This document shows positions 38,576 through 50,575 of a DNA stretch of 64,000 nt, in pieces. The DNA is taken from contig CM075999.1 of NCBI GenBank assembly GCA_038087875.1, positions 1,056,001 to 1,120,000 of the forward strand, written 5' to 3'. The position numbers and the translations under genes were made by a program. A model generated the notes under the pieces. The model did not search any database. It was given only the letters and a program-made list of their open reading frames with translations, and was not told the origin of the DNA. Source of the DNA: Malacoraja senta. Lineage: Eukaryota. Each line of letters begins with the position of its first letter. Position 1 is the first letter of the stretch.

Positions 38576-40871
38576 CTTGTTGAGACAGTCGTGTGACTTT
38601 GGCAAATTGGTCAATCAATCACAATCACAATCGCAATAATACTTTATTAGCCAAGTATGCTTTGCAACACATGAGGAATTTCATTTGCCAAGTCAGTCAT
38701 ACAAATAAAAAGCAACGGAACACACAAAATACATTTTAACATAAATATCCACCACAGTGACTCCTCCACATTCCTCACTGTGATGGAAGGCGAAAAAAAA
38801 GTTCAGATCTCTTCCCTTATTTCCTCACCCGCTGTTTGGGACCTCGAGCCCTCCGTTGACGGGCCGAAACGTTGCCTATTTCCTTCGCTCCATAGATGCT
38901 GCTTCACCCGCTGAGTTTCTCCAGCACTTTTGTCTACCTCCGATTTTCCAGCATCTGCAGTTCCTTCTTAAACACAGTGAAAAGCTTTTGTTGCGTGCTA
39001 ACCAGTCAGCGGAAAGACTATATATGATTATAATCGTGCCACAGTGTACAATCTTACTGATTTGTATGCAAAAAAAAATAATTCCACTTTTCCTTGGTGC
39101 AAGTGATAATAAAGAACCATTGAAGGTCAAACTCCAAATGTGCTGCTCAGATGTAATAATAAGCAGCAGAATAAGACCAGGGAATTGTCCATCGTGACCT
39201 GGCTGATATTCTTTTGTTTAATTAACATCTTTAAAGCTGGTCATTGTTACATGATTGAATGTGGGACCTATTGTGTGAAACTTAGTTGAAACTTAGTTCA
39301 ACCATCTTTCTTCTCCCCCCACCTAATCCCACCACTCCCACCCCCTCCCCCATCTCCTTTCACCTTATCTGACACCATTTTGTCTCCTTTTCACCTCTAG
39401 CCTTTGTCACTTACTCCACCCATCTGCCAATTAAACCCTCCATCACCTGTATCCACCTATCACTTTTGCACCCCCCACCTTTCTTTTCCAGCTTTCTCTC
39501 CCCCCACCCCCCAACCATCCGACTCCATCAGCCCCGATCCAAGACATTGTCTGCCCATTCCCTCCACACATGCTGCCTCAACCACTGAGTTCCTCCAGCA
39601 CTTTGTGATTTGCCCGAGAATCCATAACCTGCATTCTCTTGTGTCTCCATTGTAGTTGCTCGTATATGTTACAGACAATAGACAATAGGTGCCATTCGGC
39701 CCTTCGAGCCCGCACCGCCATTCAATGTGATCATGGCTGATCATCCCCAATCAGTACCCCGTTCCTGCCTTCTCCCCATATCCCCTAACTCCGCTATCTT
39801 TAAGAGCCCTATCTAGCTCTCTCTTGAAAGTGTCCAGGGAACCGGCCTCCACTGCCCTCTGAGGTTATATTGAAACAGTGACTGCGCTGCAAAAGTATTT
39901 AATTCGTTACAATGCACCTTGGGTGACACAGCAAAGGATTTTGTGCGGCACTATGGATATTACGGTCATTTTGTTTTCCCTAAGGGTAAAAGAATAAATA
40001 TTTTAAGTAAAGCAAGATTTGGAAACAAGGAAAGACAGCAGGAGGGAAATGGTTTCAGATTGTGGAACAAAGACTTGGCAGAAAGCACTGCGGGCTATAT
40101 GGCTTAATTCCAGACTGTAAACTATGAGAGCTCTAACTAAATTCAACGTGAAGACCTACAAATATCAGATGATCGCGTCGGCAATTTTTTTACAACTAAT
40201 TCAAAAAGTCATCTCTATTTATATTCTGGAAGTCGTTTCCAAGTGGAAATACGTCAATTTGGTTCTAATTTGCTCACTAGCCAATCAAATGTTTAAGAAA
40301 GAACTACAGATGCTGGAAAAATCGAAGGCAGACAAAAATGCTGGAGAAACTCAGCGCGTGAGGCAGCATCTATGGAGCGAAGGAATAGGCGACGTTTCGG
40401 CTCGAGATCAGAAATGTCGCCTATTCTTTCACTCCACAGATGCTGCCTCACCCGCTGAGTTTCTCCAGCATTTTTGTCTACACCCAATCAACTGTAGCTG
40501 TTTGTTTATTAATTAAGCTTGCATTCATAAACATCAAACAGTTCCTGGAAAATGCTGGAGTGACTCAGCGGGACAGGCATCGTCTCTGGAGACAATGAAC
40601 GGGTGGTGTTTCGGGTCGAGACCCTTCTTCAGACCCATTCTTTCTCTCCAGTGATGCTGCCTGTCCCACTGAGTTACTTCAGCATTTTGCGTCTATCTTC
40701 GGTGTAAACCAGCATCTGCAGTTCCTTCCTACACGTATCCCCGGAAAAGCTACGTTCAGAATTTCAAAAGTCAAGAGTGTTTTATTGTCACATGTCCCAG
40801 ATGGAACAATGAAATTCTTACTTGCTGCAGCACAACAGAATATGTAAACATAGTACACTGTAAACAATATG

Positions 40872-41168
40872 ATTTAAGGATAAAGGGGAAATCTTTTAGG
40901 ACTGAGATGAGAAAAACATTTTTCACACAGAGAGTGGTGAATCTCTGGAATTCTCTGCCACAGAATGTAGTTGAGGCCAGTTCATTGGCTATATTTAAGA
41001 GGTAGTTAGATGTGGCCCTTGTGGCTAAAGGGATCAGGGGGTATGGAGAGAAAGTAGGTACAGGATACTGAGTTGGATGATCAGCCATGATCATATTGAA
41101 TGGCGGTGCAGGCTCGAAGGGCCGAATGGCCTACTCCTGCACCTATTTTCTATGTTTCTATGTTTCTA
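40872..41168 (+). mobile_element. CR1 3' end
   Basis: FTQRVVNLWNSLP region and (TTTCTATG)n tail. Confidence 0.9.
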
Positions 41169-42283
41169 TATACGAGAGAGAGAGAGAAAAAAAGGTTCAG
41201 TGTGTATATATACACATACTCACAAGTACACACACACATATATATTTATAAATATATATACACATACCAAAAAAAAATTTTTTTACTTGACATCATCTAT
41301 TCCTTTTCTCCGGAGATGCTGCCTGACCCGTTGGGTTACTCCAGCATGTTGTGTCTATCTACAGTGTAAACCTGCTTCCTTCCTACACATTTTATTTACT
41401 TAACCTTGGCCGTCTCACTATAATCCAAACATTTCTGGCAATGAGCCTGGAACTTTAGTTTGCAGAGAAAGTGCTGAGTAGGTCAGTGATGTGGCGATCA
41501 ATGATGTTGTAAAAGGAAGGAAATTCTGAACTCACATCTCTTACAACCTCGGGGATTTACAACCAATTAACTACTTTTGAATTGCAGTAACTGTTCCAAT
41601 GGAGGATGCACAGCAGCCAATTCATACGTAGCTTGCCACCAGAAACAGCTACGGAGAGAAGGTGGGGCGGTGGAATTGAGGTAGAACGTCAGAAATTGGT
41701 TTTGTTGTGGGTCCAGAAGCACTTGCAGGGGGTACGATTGTAGATACTGTAAGAACGGAAGGTGGAGAGGCTGGAGAGCTAGATAGGGCTCTTAAAGATA
41801 GCGGAGTCAGGGGATATGGGGAGAAGGCAGGAACGGGGTACTGATTGGGGATGATCAGCCCTGATCACATTGAATGGCTTGAAGGGCCAAATGGCTATTG
41901 TCAATTGTAGGACTGGGAATTTCATGCTTGTGTTTACACTGAGTCAAAAGAGGCTCAGACAGGCTGAATGGCCTCCTGCCATGATGTAACTATTCTATGG
42001 TCTTGTGTTTCACTAAATGATTACGCAGGTTCAAGGGATGATCGTCTGTCCATTCCCTCACCAGATGCAGCCTGACACGTTGAGTTCCTCCAGCACTTTG
42101 TTTATTGCTCAAGATTGCAGCTTCTGAAGTTGCTTGTGCCTCTAAGATAACAGTTTCATAAGTTCTAGGAGCAGAATTAGGCCATTCGGCCCAACTTGCC
42201 CACGCTTGCCAACATGTCCCAGTTACACTAGACCCACCTGCCCGAGTTTGGTCCATATCCCTCCAAACCAGTCCTTTCCATGT

Positions 42284-42414
42284 GTAGGAAGGAAATGCAG
42301 AAGCTGGTGTAAACTGAAGATAGACACAAAAAGCTGGAGTAACTCAGCCGGGACAGGCAGCATCTCTGGAGAGAAGGAATGGGTGACGTTTCGGGTCCAG
42401 ACCCTTCTTCAGAC
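42284..42414 (-). mobile_element. 131-bp hammerhead-headed Penelope mini-insertion inside a HER1-like LINE
   Basis: TSD TCCT(T/A)TCCATGT (42272-42283, 42415-42426); core at 42385-42412. Confidence 0.8.
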
Positions 42415-42723
42415 TCCTATCCATGTACCTGTCTGACTGCTTCTTAAATGTTGAGATAGTCTCTGCCTCAACTACCTCCTCGTTTCATACACCCACCACC
42501 CTTTGCGTGAAAAAACAACCCCTCAGACACCTATTAAATCTTTCCCCCTTCACCTTAAGTCTGTGTCTTCTGGTGCCTGATTCCCGTACTCTGGGCAAAA
42601 CCTGGAGGAATGAAGCACTAGCCATTTAACATACTGTGGACTGAAGTCAGGACTATGTAAGTAGATCCCAATGAAGGTAAAAACATGCAACCAGCTTCAA
42701 ATGTAGACAAGGCAAGTAGGGCC

Positions 42724-43320
42724 AAGAGTCAAGAGTCAAGAGTCAAGAGAGTTTTATTGTCCTGTGTCCCAGATAGGACAATGAAATTCGTGCTTGCTGC
42801 AGCACAACAGAATATGTAAACATAATACAGAACAGGAGATAAAAGTTCAGTGTGTCTATATACCATAGACCATATATATACACGATAAATAAACAGATAA
42901 AGTGCAATAGGCTGTTATTGTTCAGAGTTTGTTTGATGGCGAGTTTAATAGCCTGATGGCTGTGGGGAAGAAGCTGTTTCTGAACCTGGATGTTCCAGAT
43001 TTCAAGCTCCTGTACCTTCTTCCCGACAGCAGCGGAGAGATGCGTGCGTGGCCAGGATGGTGTGGGTCTTTGATGATGTTGGCAGCCTGTTTGAGGCAGC
43101 GACTGTGATAGATCCCTTCGATGGTGGGGAGGTCAGAGCCGATGATGGACTGGGCAGTGGTCAGAACTTTCTGCATTATTTTCCGCTCCTGTATGTTCAA
43201 GTTGCCGAACCAAGCCACGATGCAGCCAGTCAGTATGCTGCCTACTGTGCACCTGTAGAAGTTCGAGAGAGTCCTCCTTGACATACCGACTCTCCGTAAT
43301 CTTCTCAGGAAGTAGAAGAA
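42724..43320 (-). mobile_element. Rex1/Babar-like LINE 3' fragment
   Basis: YFLRRLR..LSNFYRCTVGSILTGCIVAWFG...HPGH..SGRRYRSL..FRNSFFPTAIRLLN; (CTCTTGA)n tail. Confidence 0.85.
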
Positions 43321-43757
43321 ATAGTGTTGATCCTTTGTAGTGAAATATAAAAAAAGAACTGTAAGCTGTGAACAATCTGTCAAAGTAGTGTTGCTGCTAA
43401 TTGATAATTGTCTATTATGTTTAAGAAAAAACTGCGGGTGCTGGAAAAATCTACGGCAGACAAAAATGCTGGAGAAACTCACCCGCTGAGTTTCTCCAGC
43501 ATTATTGTCTATTATGCTTCATTCTTCTGAGAAGTGAACTTCATGTCTGTCTGCTGATGCTCCCGACTCTGATCTTGCACAGACATTTATTTTCTGATAC
43601 TTTATATATAACCTCTGCTTGTGTCTTGTTAAGTAACTAAGACATCCGTGGGATGATTTTTGAGAAGAGGCTTTCGGGAATACCGAAGTGATTCAGAATT
43701 GAATGAATCAAATCTTTTAACTAACACCAGATTGAATCTTTTAACTAACACCAGATT

Positions 43758-44771
43758 GACTTCATCCGCTTCACCACCAACTTCCATCCGGCACTCAAAT
43801 ACACCTGGACCATTTCCAACACTTCCCTACCATTCCTTGACCTCACTATCTCCATCGAAGGTGATAGACTCCTTACCGACATCCACTACAAACCCACCGA
43901 CTCCCATGGCTATCTGGACTACACTTCTTCCCACCCTGCTTCCTGTAAGGACTCCATCCCCCACTCCCAATTCCTCCGTCTACGCCGCATCTGCTCCCAG
44001 GATGAGGCGTTCCACACCAGGGCATCTGAAATGTCCTCATTCTTCAGGGAACGGGGGTTCCCCTCCTCCACCATAGATGAGGCTCGCACCAGGGTCTCTG
44101 CCATACCCCGCAACACTGCTCTCTCTCCCCACCCCCCCACTCACAACAAGGGCAGAGTCCCCCTAGTCCTCACCTTTCACCCCACCAGCCGTCACATACA
44201 ACAAGTGATCCTCCGTCAGTTTCGCCACCTCCAACGTGACCCCACCACTCGCCACATCTTCCCATCTCCCCCCATGTCTGCCTTCCGCAAAGACCGCTCC
44301 CTCCGTAACTCCCTTGTCAATTCTTCCCTTCCCTCCCATACCACCCCCTCCCCTGGTACTTTCCCTTGCAACCGCAAGAGATGCAACACTTGTCCCTTCA
44401 CCTCCCCCCTCGACTCCATTCAAGGACCCAAGCAGTCGTTCCAGGTGCGACAGAGGTTCACCTGCATCTCCTCCAACCTCATCTATTGCATCTGCTGCTC
44501 TAGATGCCAGCTGATCTACATCGGTGAGACCAAGCGGAGGCTTGGCGATCGTTTCGCCGAACACCTCCGGTCGGTCCGCAATAACCAACTTGACCTCCCG
44601 GTGGCTCAGCACTTCAACTCCCCCTCCCATTCCATATCTGACCTCTCTGTCCTGGGTCTCCTCCATGGCCACAGCGAGCAACACCGTAAATTGGAGGAAA
44701 TGCACCTCATATTCCGCTTGGGCAGTCTACATCCTCGGGGCTTGAACATTGAATTCTCCCAATTCTGCTAG
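43758..44771 (+). CDS. PLE polyprotein C-terminal fragment (RT end/thumb, Cys-rich linker, GIY-YIG endonuclease); natural start lost
   Basis: Stop-free frame from DFIRFTTNFHPALKYT..LPFLDL..YKPTDSHGYL through CNRKRCNTC and NLIYCICCSRCQLIYIGETKRRLGDRFAEHL to GLN; 337 codons plus stop. Confidence 0.8.
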   Translation, partial: DFIRFTTNFHPALKYTWTISNTSLPFLDLTISIEGDRLLTDIHYKPTDSHGYLDYTSSHPASCKDSIPHSQFLRLRRICSQDEAFHTRASEMSSFFRERGFPSSTIDEARTRVSAIPRNTALSPHPPTHNKGRVPLVLTFHPTSRHIQQVILRQFRHLQRDPTTRHIFPSPPMSAFRKDRSLRNSLVNSSLPSHTTPSPGTFPCNRKRCNTCPFTSPLDSIQGPKQSFQVRQRFTCISSNLIYCICCSRCQLIYIGETKRRLGDRFAEHLRSVRNNQLDLPVAQHFNSPSHSISDLSVLGLLHGHSEQHRKLEEMHLIFRLGSLHPRGLNIEFSQFC

Positions 44772-44989
44772 CCCTTGCTGTCCCCCCCCCCCCCCCCTTC
44801 ATCAGCCCTCTGGTTGTCTCCTCCCCTCCCCCAGCCCTCGGGCTCCTCCTCCGCCTTTTTCCTTTTTTCCTTTCTTCTCCCCACCCCCTATCAGTCTGAA
44901 GAAGGGTTTCGGCCCGAAACGTTGCCTATTTCCTTCGCTCCATAGATGCTGCTGCACCCGCTGAGTTTCTCCAGCATTTTTGTGTACCT
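43760..44989 (+). mobile_element. Young 5'-truncated Penelope-like element (Neptune-type)
   Basis: TSD ACCAGATTGA (43750-43759, 44990-44999); open RT-end/linker/GIY-YIG frame; hammerhead motif in the 3' end. Confidence 0.92.
44896..44923 (+). ncRNA. Putative minimal hammerhead ribozyme core (PLE 3' end)
   Basis: CTGAAGA-A-GGGT(TTCG)GCCC-GAAA-CGTT. Confidence 0.65.
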
Positions 44990-45391
44990 ACCAGATTGAG
45001 TCAGCTTGGCTGTGATGACAAACAATAAGATAAAACACAAGAGGAAAGAGTAATATGCAATGTTAATTATGTATAAGATCAGCATGCACGTCACTGTCAT
45101 TCTATACAGGGGCAGGAACAAAGGTTTCACAAGGGCCATGTACCAATTAAGGATGAAGGATGGAGTTTCACTGATTAAGTAGTTCACCAGAAACTGGAAA
45201 AGCAGGTGATTGAATGTCGGCGTGGACACGGTGGATCGAAGGGCCTGTTTTCATACTGTATCTTTCAATAAATCAATCTATCCATTGCTATCTATTGCAA
45301 TCACCAACGCTGATAATAATGTTAATCCAATCAACAAACTAAAAGTTACCTGCAAAGACCACTTTGCCACCACATGCATTATCAATATAGG

Positions 45392-45652
45392 GTCATAGAG
45401 TGATACAGCGTGGAAACAGGCCCTTCGGCCCAACTTGCCCACACCGGATAACATGTCCCAGCTACAATAGTCCCACCTGCCCGCGTTTGGTCCATATCCC
45501 TCCAAACCTGTCCTATCCATGTAACTGTTTCTTTAACATTGGGATAGTCCCTGCCTCAACTACCTCCTCTGGCAGCTCGTTCCATACACGCACCACTCTT
45601 TGTGTGTAAATGTAACCCCTCAGATTCCCACAAAATCTTTTCCCCTTCACCC
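45392..45652 (-). mobile_element. HER1-like CR1 3' end
   Basis: SINE-shared GGGCCGAAGGGCCTGTTTCC motif and (TCTATGA) tail. Confidence 0.8.
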
Positions 45653-46011
45653 TATTTAGGTTCTATGCGTTTTGCTGTGTTCTATCAACTGGCTGGTTCT
45701 CTGCTCCTATCTGAGTCAGCAATTCATTGCGTCTAACTCCCCACTCTTCACAACCCAGTACTCACCAAGTCCTCCTCTCTTCGTTTTTCTCTCAGCTTTT
45801 CCAGTCACTCTTTGTTTCAATCTGCATTCATGCCCCTCCTGTTCTCTGCCATCTGGTCCACTGTCTTTGAACATTAGAGAAATGCAGCGCGGAAAGAGGC
45901 CCTTCGGCCCAACGCGCCAACCACCAATCACCCTGTACACTAACACTATCCCACACACCAGAACACAATTTACAATTTTACCGGTCATGAAGAGAATGAA
46001 CTCAAAACTGG

Positions 46012-46310
46012 ATTAGATACAGCACGGAAACAGGCCCTTTGGCCCACCGGGTCCGCACCGACCAGCAATCCCCGCATATTAACACTATCCTACACACACT
46101 AGGGACAATTGTTACATTTACCAAGCCAATTAACCTTCAAACCTGTACGTCTTTGGAGTGAGGGAGGAAACCGAAGATCTTGGAGAAAACCCACGCAGGT
46201 CACGGGGAGAACGTACAAACTCCGTACAGACAGCACCCGTAGTCGGGATCGAACCCGGCACTGCAAGCGCTGTAAGGCAGCAACTCTACCGCTGCACCAT
46301 CGTGCTGGCC
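46012..46310 (-). mobile_element. HE1-like V-SINE
   Basis: Full copy. Confidence 0.88.
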
Positions 46311-46830
46311 CTAAACTGGAGTTACTGGAGAAATAATTATAATTCATCTAATTAAATACATTTGAACTAAAAGGTTGATGGTGTTAGTGATGATAACCAT
46401 TATACCAGAAGATTTTTGTTATTAAAAAAACGCTCAGGTTCTTGACTTTTCATGAAAAAAGAAATTCAACCATCAGTGACCATCAGTCTATGTTATTCCA
46501 GTCCTTACGCAGACTATTTGTGACTCCGCTCTCTGCACTCTCTTCAGCTCTTTGATCTCCTCCCATCACTGAAGCCTCCCCCAGCCCCTCGTCACTTGAG
46601 GCCTCTGCACTCCTTTTCCATGTCTCCACTCCAGGCATCAATTGACCCCTTACTGCCCTTCTAAATGACTTTGTCAGCCATTCAATTCCACTCAGTTCGT
46701 TCGCTAAAAATTGGCGCCATAAAACGCCAGATAGCCAGTGAACAAATGGAGAATCGTGATGTGTCGATGCGTAGAAGGAGATAATTCTGCCCAATGTGCC
46801 AAGTAGAGCCAATGTATTAGTCCCAGTTCT

Positions 46831-47048
46831 TAGATAGACACAAAATGCTGGCGTAACTCAGCGGGACAGGCAGCATCTCTGGATAGAAGGAATGGGTGAC
46901 GTTTCGGGTCGAGACCCTTCTTCAGACCCAAACGCCCGAAACGTCACCCATTCCTTCTATCCAGAGATGCTGCCTGTCCTGCTGAGTTACTCCACCATTT
47001 TGTGTCTATCATCGGTGTAAAACCAGCATCTGCAGTTTCTTCCTACAC
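46831..47048. mobile_element. Fold-back Penelope 3'-end element
   Basis: ~75-bp near-perfect inverted arms (46832-46908 vs 46935-47010); minus-strand hammerhead core at 46898-46925. Confidence 0.85.
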
Positions 47049-47576
47049 AGCCCCAGTTCTTATATCTATTCCCTTGCTTATTAAGTCATGTTTCTATCAC
47101 TGTTGCCATTGTCTAAATCTGTATGAAATGAGACTAGGTCAAATAGAATGCTGCTGGATCTCTGTAAAAATCAATGCAGCTACATTTTCAGCAATCCAAT
47201 TTGAAGGCCATAATGAATAATGAATTCCTGCTTGCGTACCAATTATTATTTTTGGTATTGTGTTAGCTACTTGATCCGTTGTACAGAACAGCCTCTTTAT
47301 ATGATACATTATTTTGTATTAAACTGCATGTAAATCATACCGGACAGAAAATCTCTGCTAAGCAGATTTATAATGAGTGTATGTTAGAACATAGAACATA
47401 GAATAGCACAGCACAGGAACACGGTCTTCAGTCCGTGTTCTGTGCTAATCATACTCACAAGTTAAACTAATTCCTTCATCCTGCATTTGCTCCTTATCCC
47501 TCCATCCTATATTCGTGAGTGCAACAAAAAGCATCATGAATGCTACTCTCGTATCTGCTTTCACCACCACCATTAG

Positions 47577-47581
47577 CTGTG

Positions 47582-47621
<40 letters not shown>
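47577..47621. repeat. (TG)n microsatellite
   Basis: Seen directly. Confidence 0.95.
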
Positions 47622-47626
<5 letters not shown>

Positions 47627-47764
47627 CAGGCACCCGCAGCTGCCAGTATGAAAAGACTTGTCCACGCATCTCTTTTAAACTCTTCCCCATAGCTATGCCA
47701 TTTGACACTTCCACCGTGGGGAAAAAGGTTCTGATTGTCTACCCTCTCTCTGTCTCCTAAATTT

Positions 47765-48295
47765 ATACGATACGATATGATAGAACTTTATTTATCCCAA
47801 GAGGGAAATTGATCTGCCAACAGTCATAAACCTCAAGATACATGAAACATGAAATTAAAGTGATGAGTGGAAAGGATTGGGGATGTGCAAAGATTGGGGG
47901 TGGGGGGTAGGAGGGAGTCGGTCTACCCCACGACAGAAGGGGGAGGAGTTGTACAGTTTGATAGCCACAGGGAAAAAGGATCTCCTGTGGCGTTCTTTAC
48001 CGCATCTTGGTGGAATGGAACCAGTCTGTTGCTGAAGTTACTTCTCAGGTTGACCAGTGTGTCATGGAGGGGGTGAGCTGTATTGTCCAAGGTGCTCCGC
48101 AGTTTGAGGAGCTTCCTCCCCTCCAAGACCACCTCCCATGAATCCAACTCCACCCCCAGGACGGAGCCAGCCTTCCTGATGAGCTTGTTAATCCTGCTGG
48201 CATCCGCGGCCTTCGCCCCGCTGCCCCAGCACACAACAGCGAAGAAGATGGCACTGGCCACCACCGATTAGTAGACATCTGCAGCATCTTACTGC
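47765..48295 (-). mobile_element. Rex1/Babar-like LINE 3' fragment inside an old CR1
   Basis: VASAIFFAVVCWGS..RINKLIRKAGSVLG..HPLHDTL; (TATCG)n tail. Confidence 0.85.
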
Positions 48296-49047
48296 TATCA
48301 GGTCTCCCCTCAGCCTCCGAAGCTCCAGAAAAAACAATTGTCTAACCTCTCCTTTTAGCTAATAATCCACTTAATCCAGACAGCATCCTGGTAAACCTCT
48401 TCTGCACCCTTTCCAAAGCCTCCACAACTTTCCTGGGGTGACCAGAACTACACACAATACTTCAAATATGACCTAAACAATGTTCTATAAAGCTGCAACA
48501 TGATTTCCATGCTGTTATAGTCAATGGCCCATCCATTAATGGCAAGCTTGCTGTACGCCTTCCTTACCATTCATCTCTACTTTTGTTGCTGCTTTCATCT
48601 ATTCAGTGTTGCTACTGGTGTTAATGTTTTGTATTAGATATACATTTAACAATTTAGACTTAACTTGCACATTCTTCTCTCATGTGGGTTTCTTATTTGA
48701 TTTCCTGGCTTTGTTTTCAAATATATAGTCATAAATTTCCACTCATTAAAAAATCTGATGAAAAAGTGTGATTTGACAGGATTTAATGACATGTGAATTT
48801 GGTCTGTGAAACGCTCACTTTATTCATATCCAGCTCATTAATAAACCATTCAAGTAAATCGAAACAAGGCAGAAATCCCCCCCCCCCCCCCCACCCTCCC
48901 CCCACCCCCCCCCCCCATTATTTGTTTCCCTGTAGGATGTTTCAGCAATACTCGATTGCTGAATTTAATCTTCATCTCCTAGAAATTCCAGAACAATTAT
49001 GGAACACTGACAACCCAACTGTCGACCCCTTTCTCCCCAACTGTCTA

Positions 49048-49625
49048 TTTAGTTTAGTTTAGTTTATTGTCGCCTGTACTGAGTTACAGTGAAACACTTT
49101 TTGTTGCGTGCTACCCAGTCAGCTGAAAGACGATACATGATTACAGGCGAGCTGCCCACAGTGTACAGATACAGGATAAAGGGAATAATGTTTGGAGCAA
49201 GATAATGTCCAGTAAAGCCCGATTAAAGATAGTCCAAGGGTCTCCAATGAGGTAGATGGTAGCTCAGGACCACTCTCTAGTTGTTGGTAGGATGGGACAG
49301 TTGCCTGATAACAGCTGGGAAGAAACTGTCCCTGAATCTCGAGATGTTGAGCTTTCACACTTCTGTATCTCTTGCCGGATGGGAGAGGGGAGAAGAGAGA
49401 GTGACCGGGTTGACACTCGTCCTTGATTATGCTGGTGGAATTGCCAAGGCAGCGTGAAGTGTAGATGGAGATAATGGAAGGGAGGTTGGTTTGTGTGATG
49501 GTCTGGGCTGCGTCCACAATTCTCTGCAATTTCTTGGGGGTCTTGGATGGAGCTGTTCCCAAACCATGCTGTGATGCAACCTGGTAAGATGCTTTCTACG
49601 GCGTATGTGCAGAAGTTAGTGAGAG
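49048..49625 (-). mobile_element. Rex1/Babar-like LINE 3' fragment
   Basis: KKLQRIVDAAQTIT..LPSI..PGHSLFSPLPSGKRYRS; (CTAAA)n tail. Confidence 0.8.
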
Positions 49626-49781
49626 TTTTTGGTGAGAGTTGTTATCTATCCTCACATCTGTGACCACATGGTCTTCATGAATATGACTCGTGTCCTACCA
49701 CATCACCACCACCCAGCACCCCTATTTCTCCATCCCTACAATCCCCCTGCGTGATATTTCATCTTAATGAAATGCCATCAC

Positions 49782-50575
49782 AGGTAGATAGGGTGGTCAA
49801 AATGCCCTTTGGCACATTGACCTTCATCAGTCAGAGTATTGAGTATAGAAGTTGGGAGTCATGTTGCAGTTATATAAGATGTTGGTGAGGCTGTATTTAG
49901 AGTATTGTGTTTAGTTGTGGGCACCATGTTATAGGAAAGATGTTGTTAAGTTGGAAAGGGTAGAGAGAAGATTTACAAGGTTGTTGCCAGGACTTGAGGG
50001 ACCGAGCTATGGGGAGAGGTTGAGCAGGCTGGCATATCCCTTGGAGCACAGGAGGATGGCGGGTGATCTTATTGAGGTGTATAAAATCCTGAGAGGAATA
50101 GATCAGGTAGACGCACAGAGTCTCTTGCCCAGAGTAGGGGAATTGGAGGACACAGGTTTAAGGTGAAGGTGGAAAGATTTCATAGGAATCTAAGGGGTGA
50201 CTTTTTGACACAAAGGGTGGTAAGTGTATGGAACCAGCTGCCAGAGGAGGTAGTCGAGCCAGGGACTATTGCAATGTTTTTAGAAACAGTTGGACAAATA
50301 TATGTGTTTAAGAAGGAACTGCAGATGCTGGAAAATCGAAGGGAGACAAAAGTGCTGGAGAAACTCAGCGGGTGCAGCAGCATTTATGGAGCGAAGGAAA
50401 TAGGCAACGTTTCGGCCCGAAACGTTGCCTATTTCCTTCGCTCCATAGACAAATATATGGATTAGTTTGGAGGGATATGTGCCAAACGCAAGCAGGTGGG
50501 ACTAGTGTAGATGGGACATGTTGGTCTGTGTAGGCCGAAGGGCCTGTTTCCACGCTGTATGACTCTGTGTCTCTA
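49782..50575 (+). mobile_element. HER1-like CR1 3' fragment with nested PLE fold-back (50305-50447)
   Basis: CR1 C-terminus; the nested insert has TSD GACAAATATATG. Confidence 0.85.

Noticed and set aside
44163..44705. 180-aa antisense ORF over the PLE
   Set aside because: Shadow frame of the PLE coding strand.
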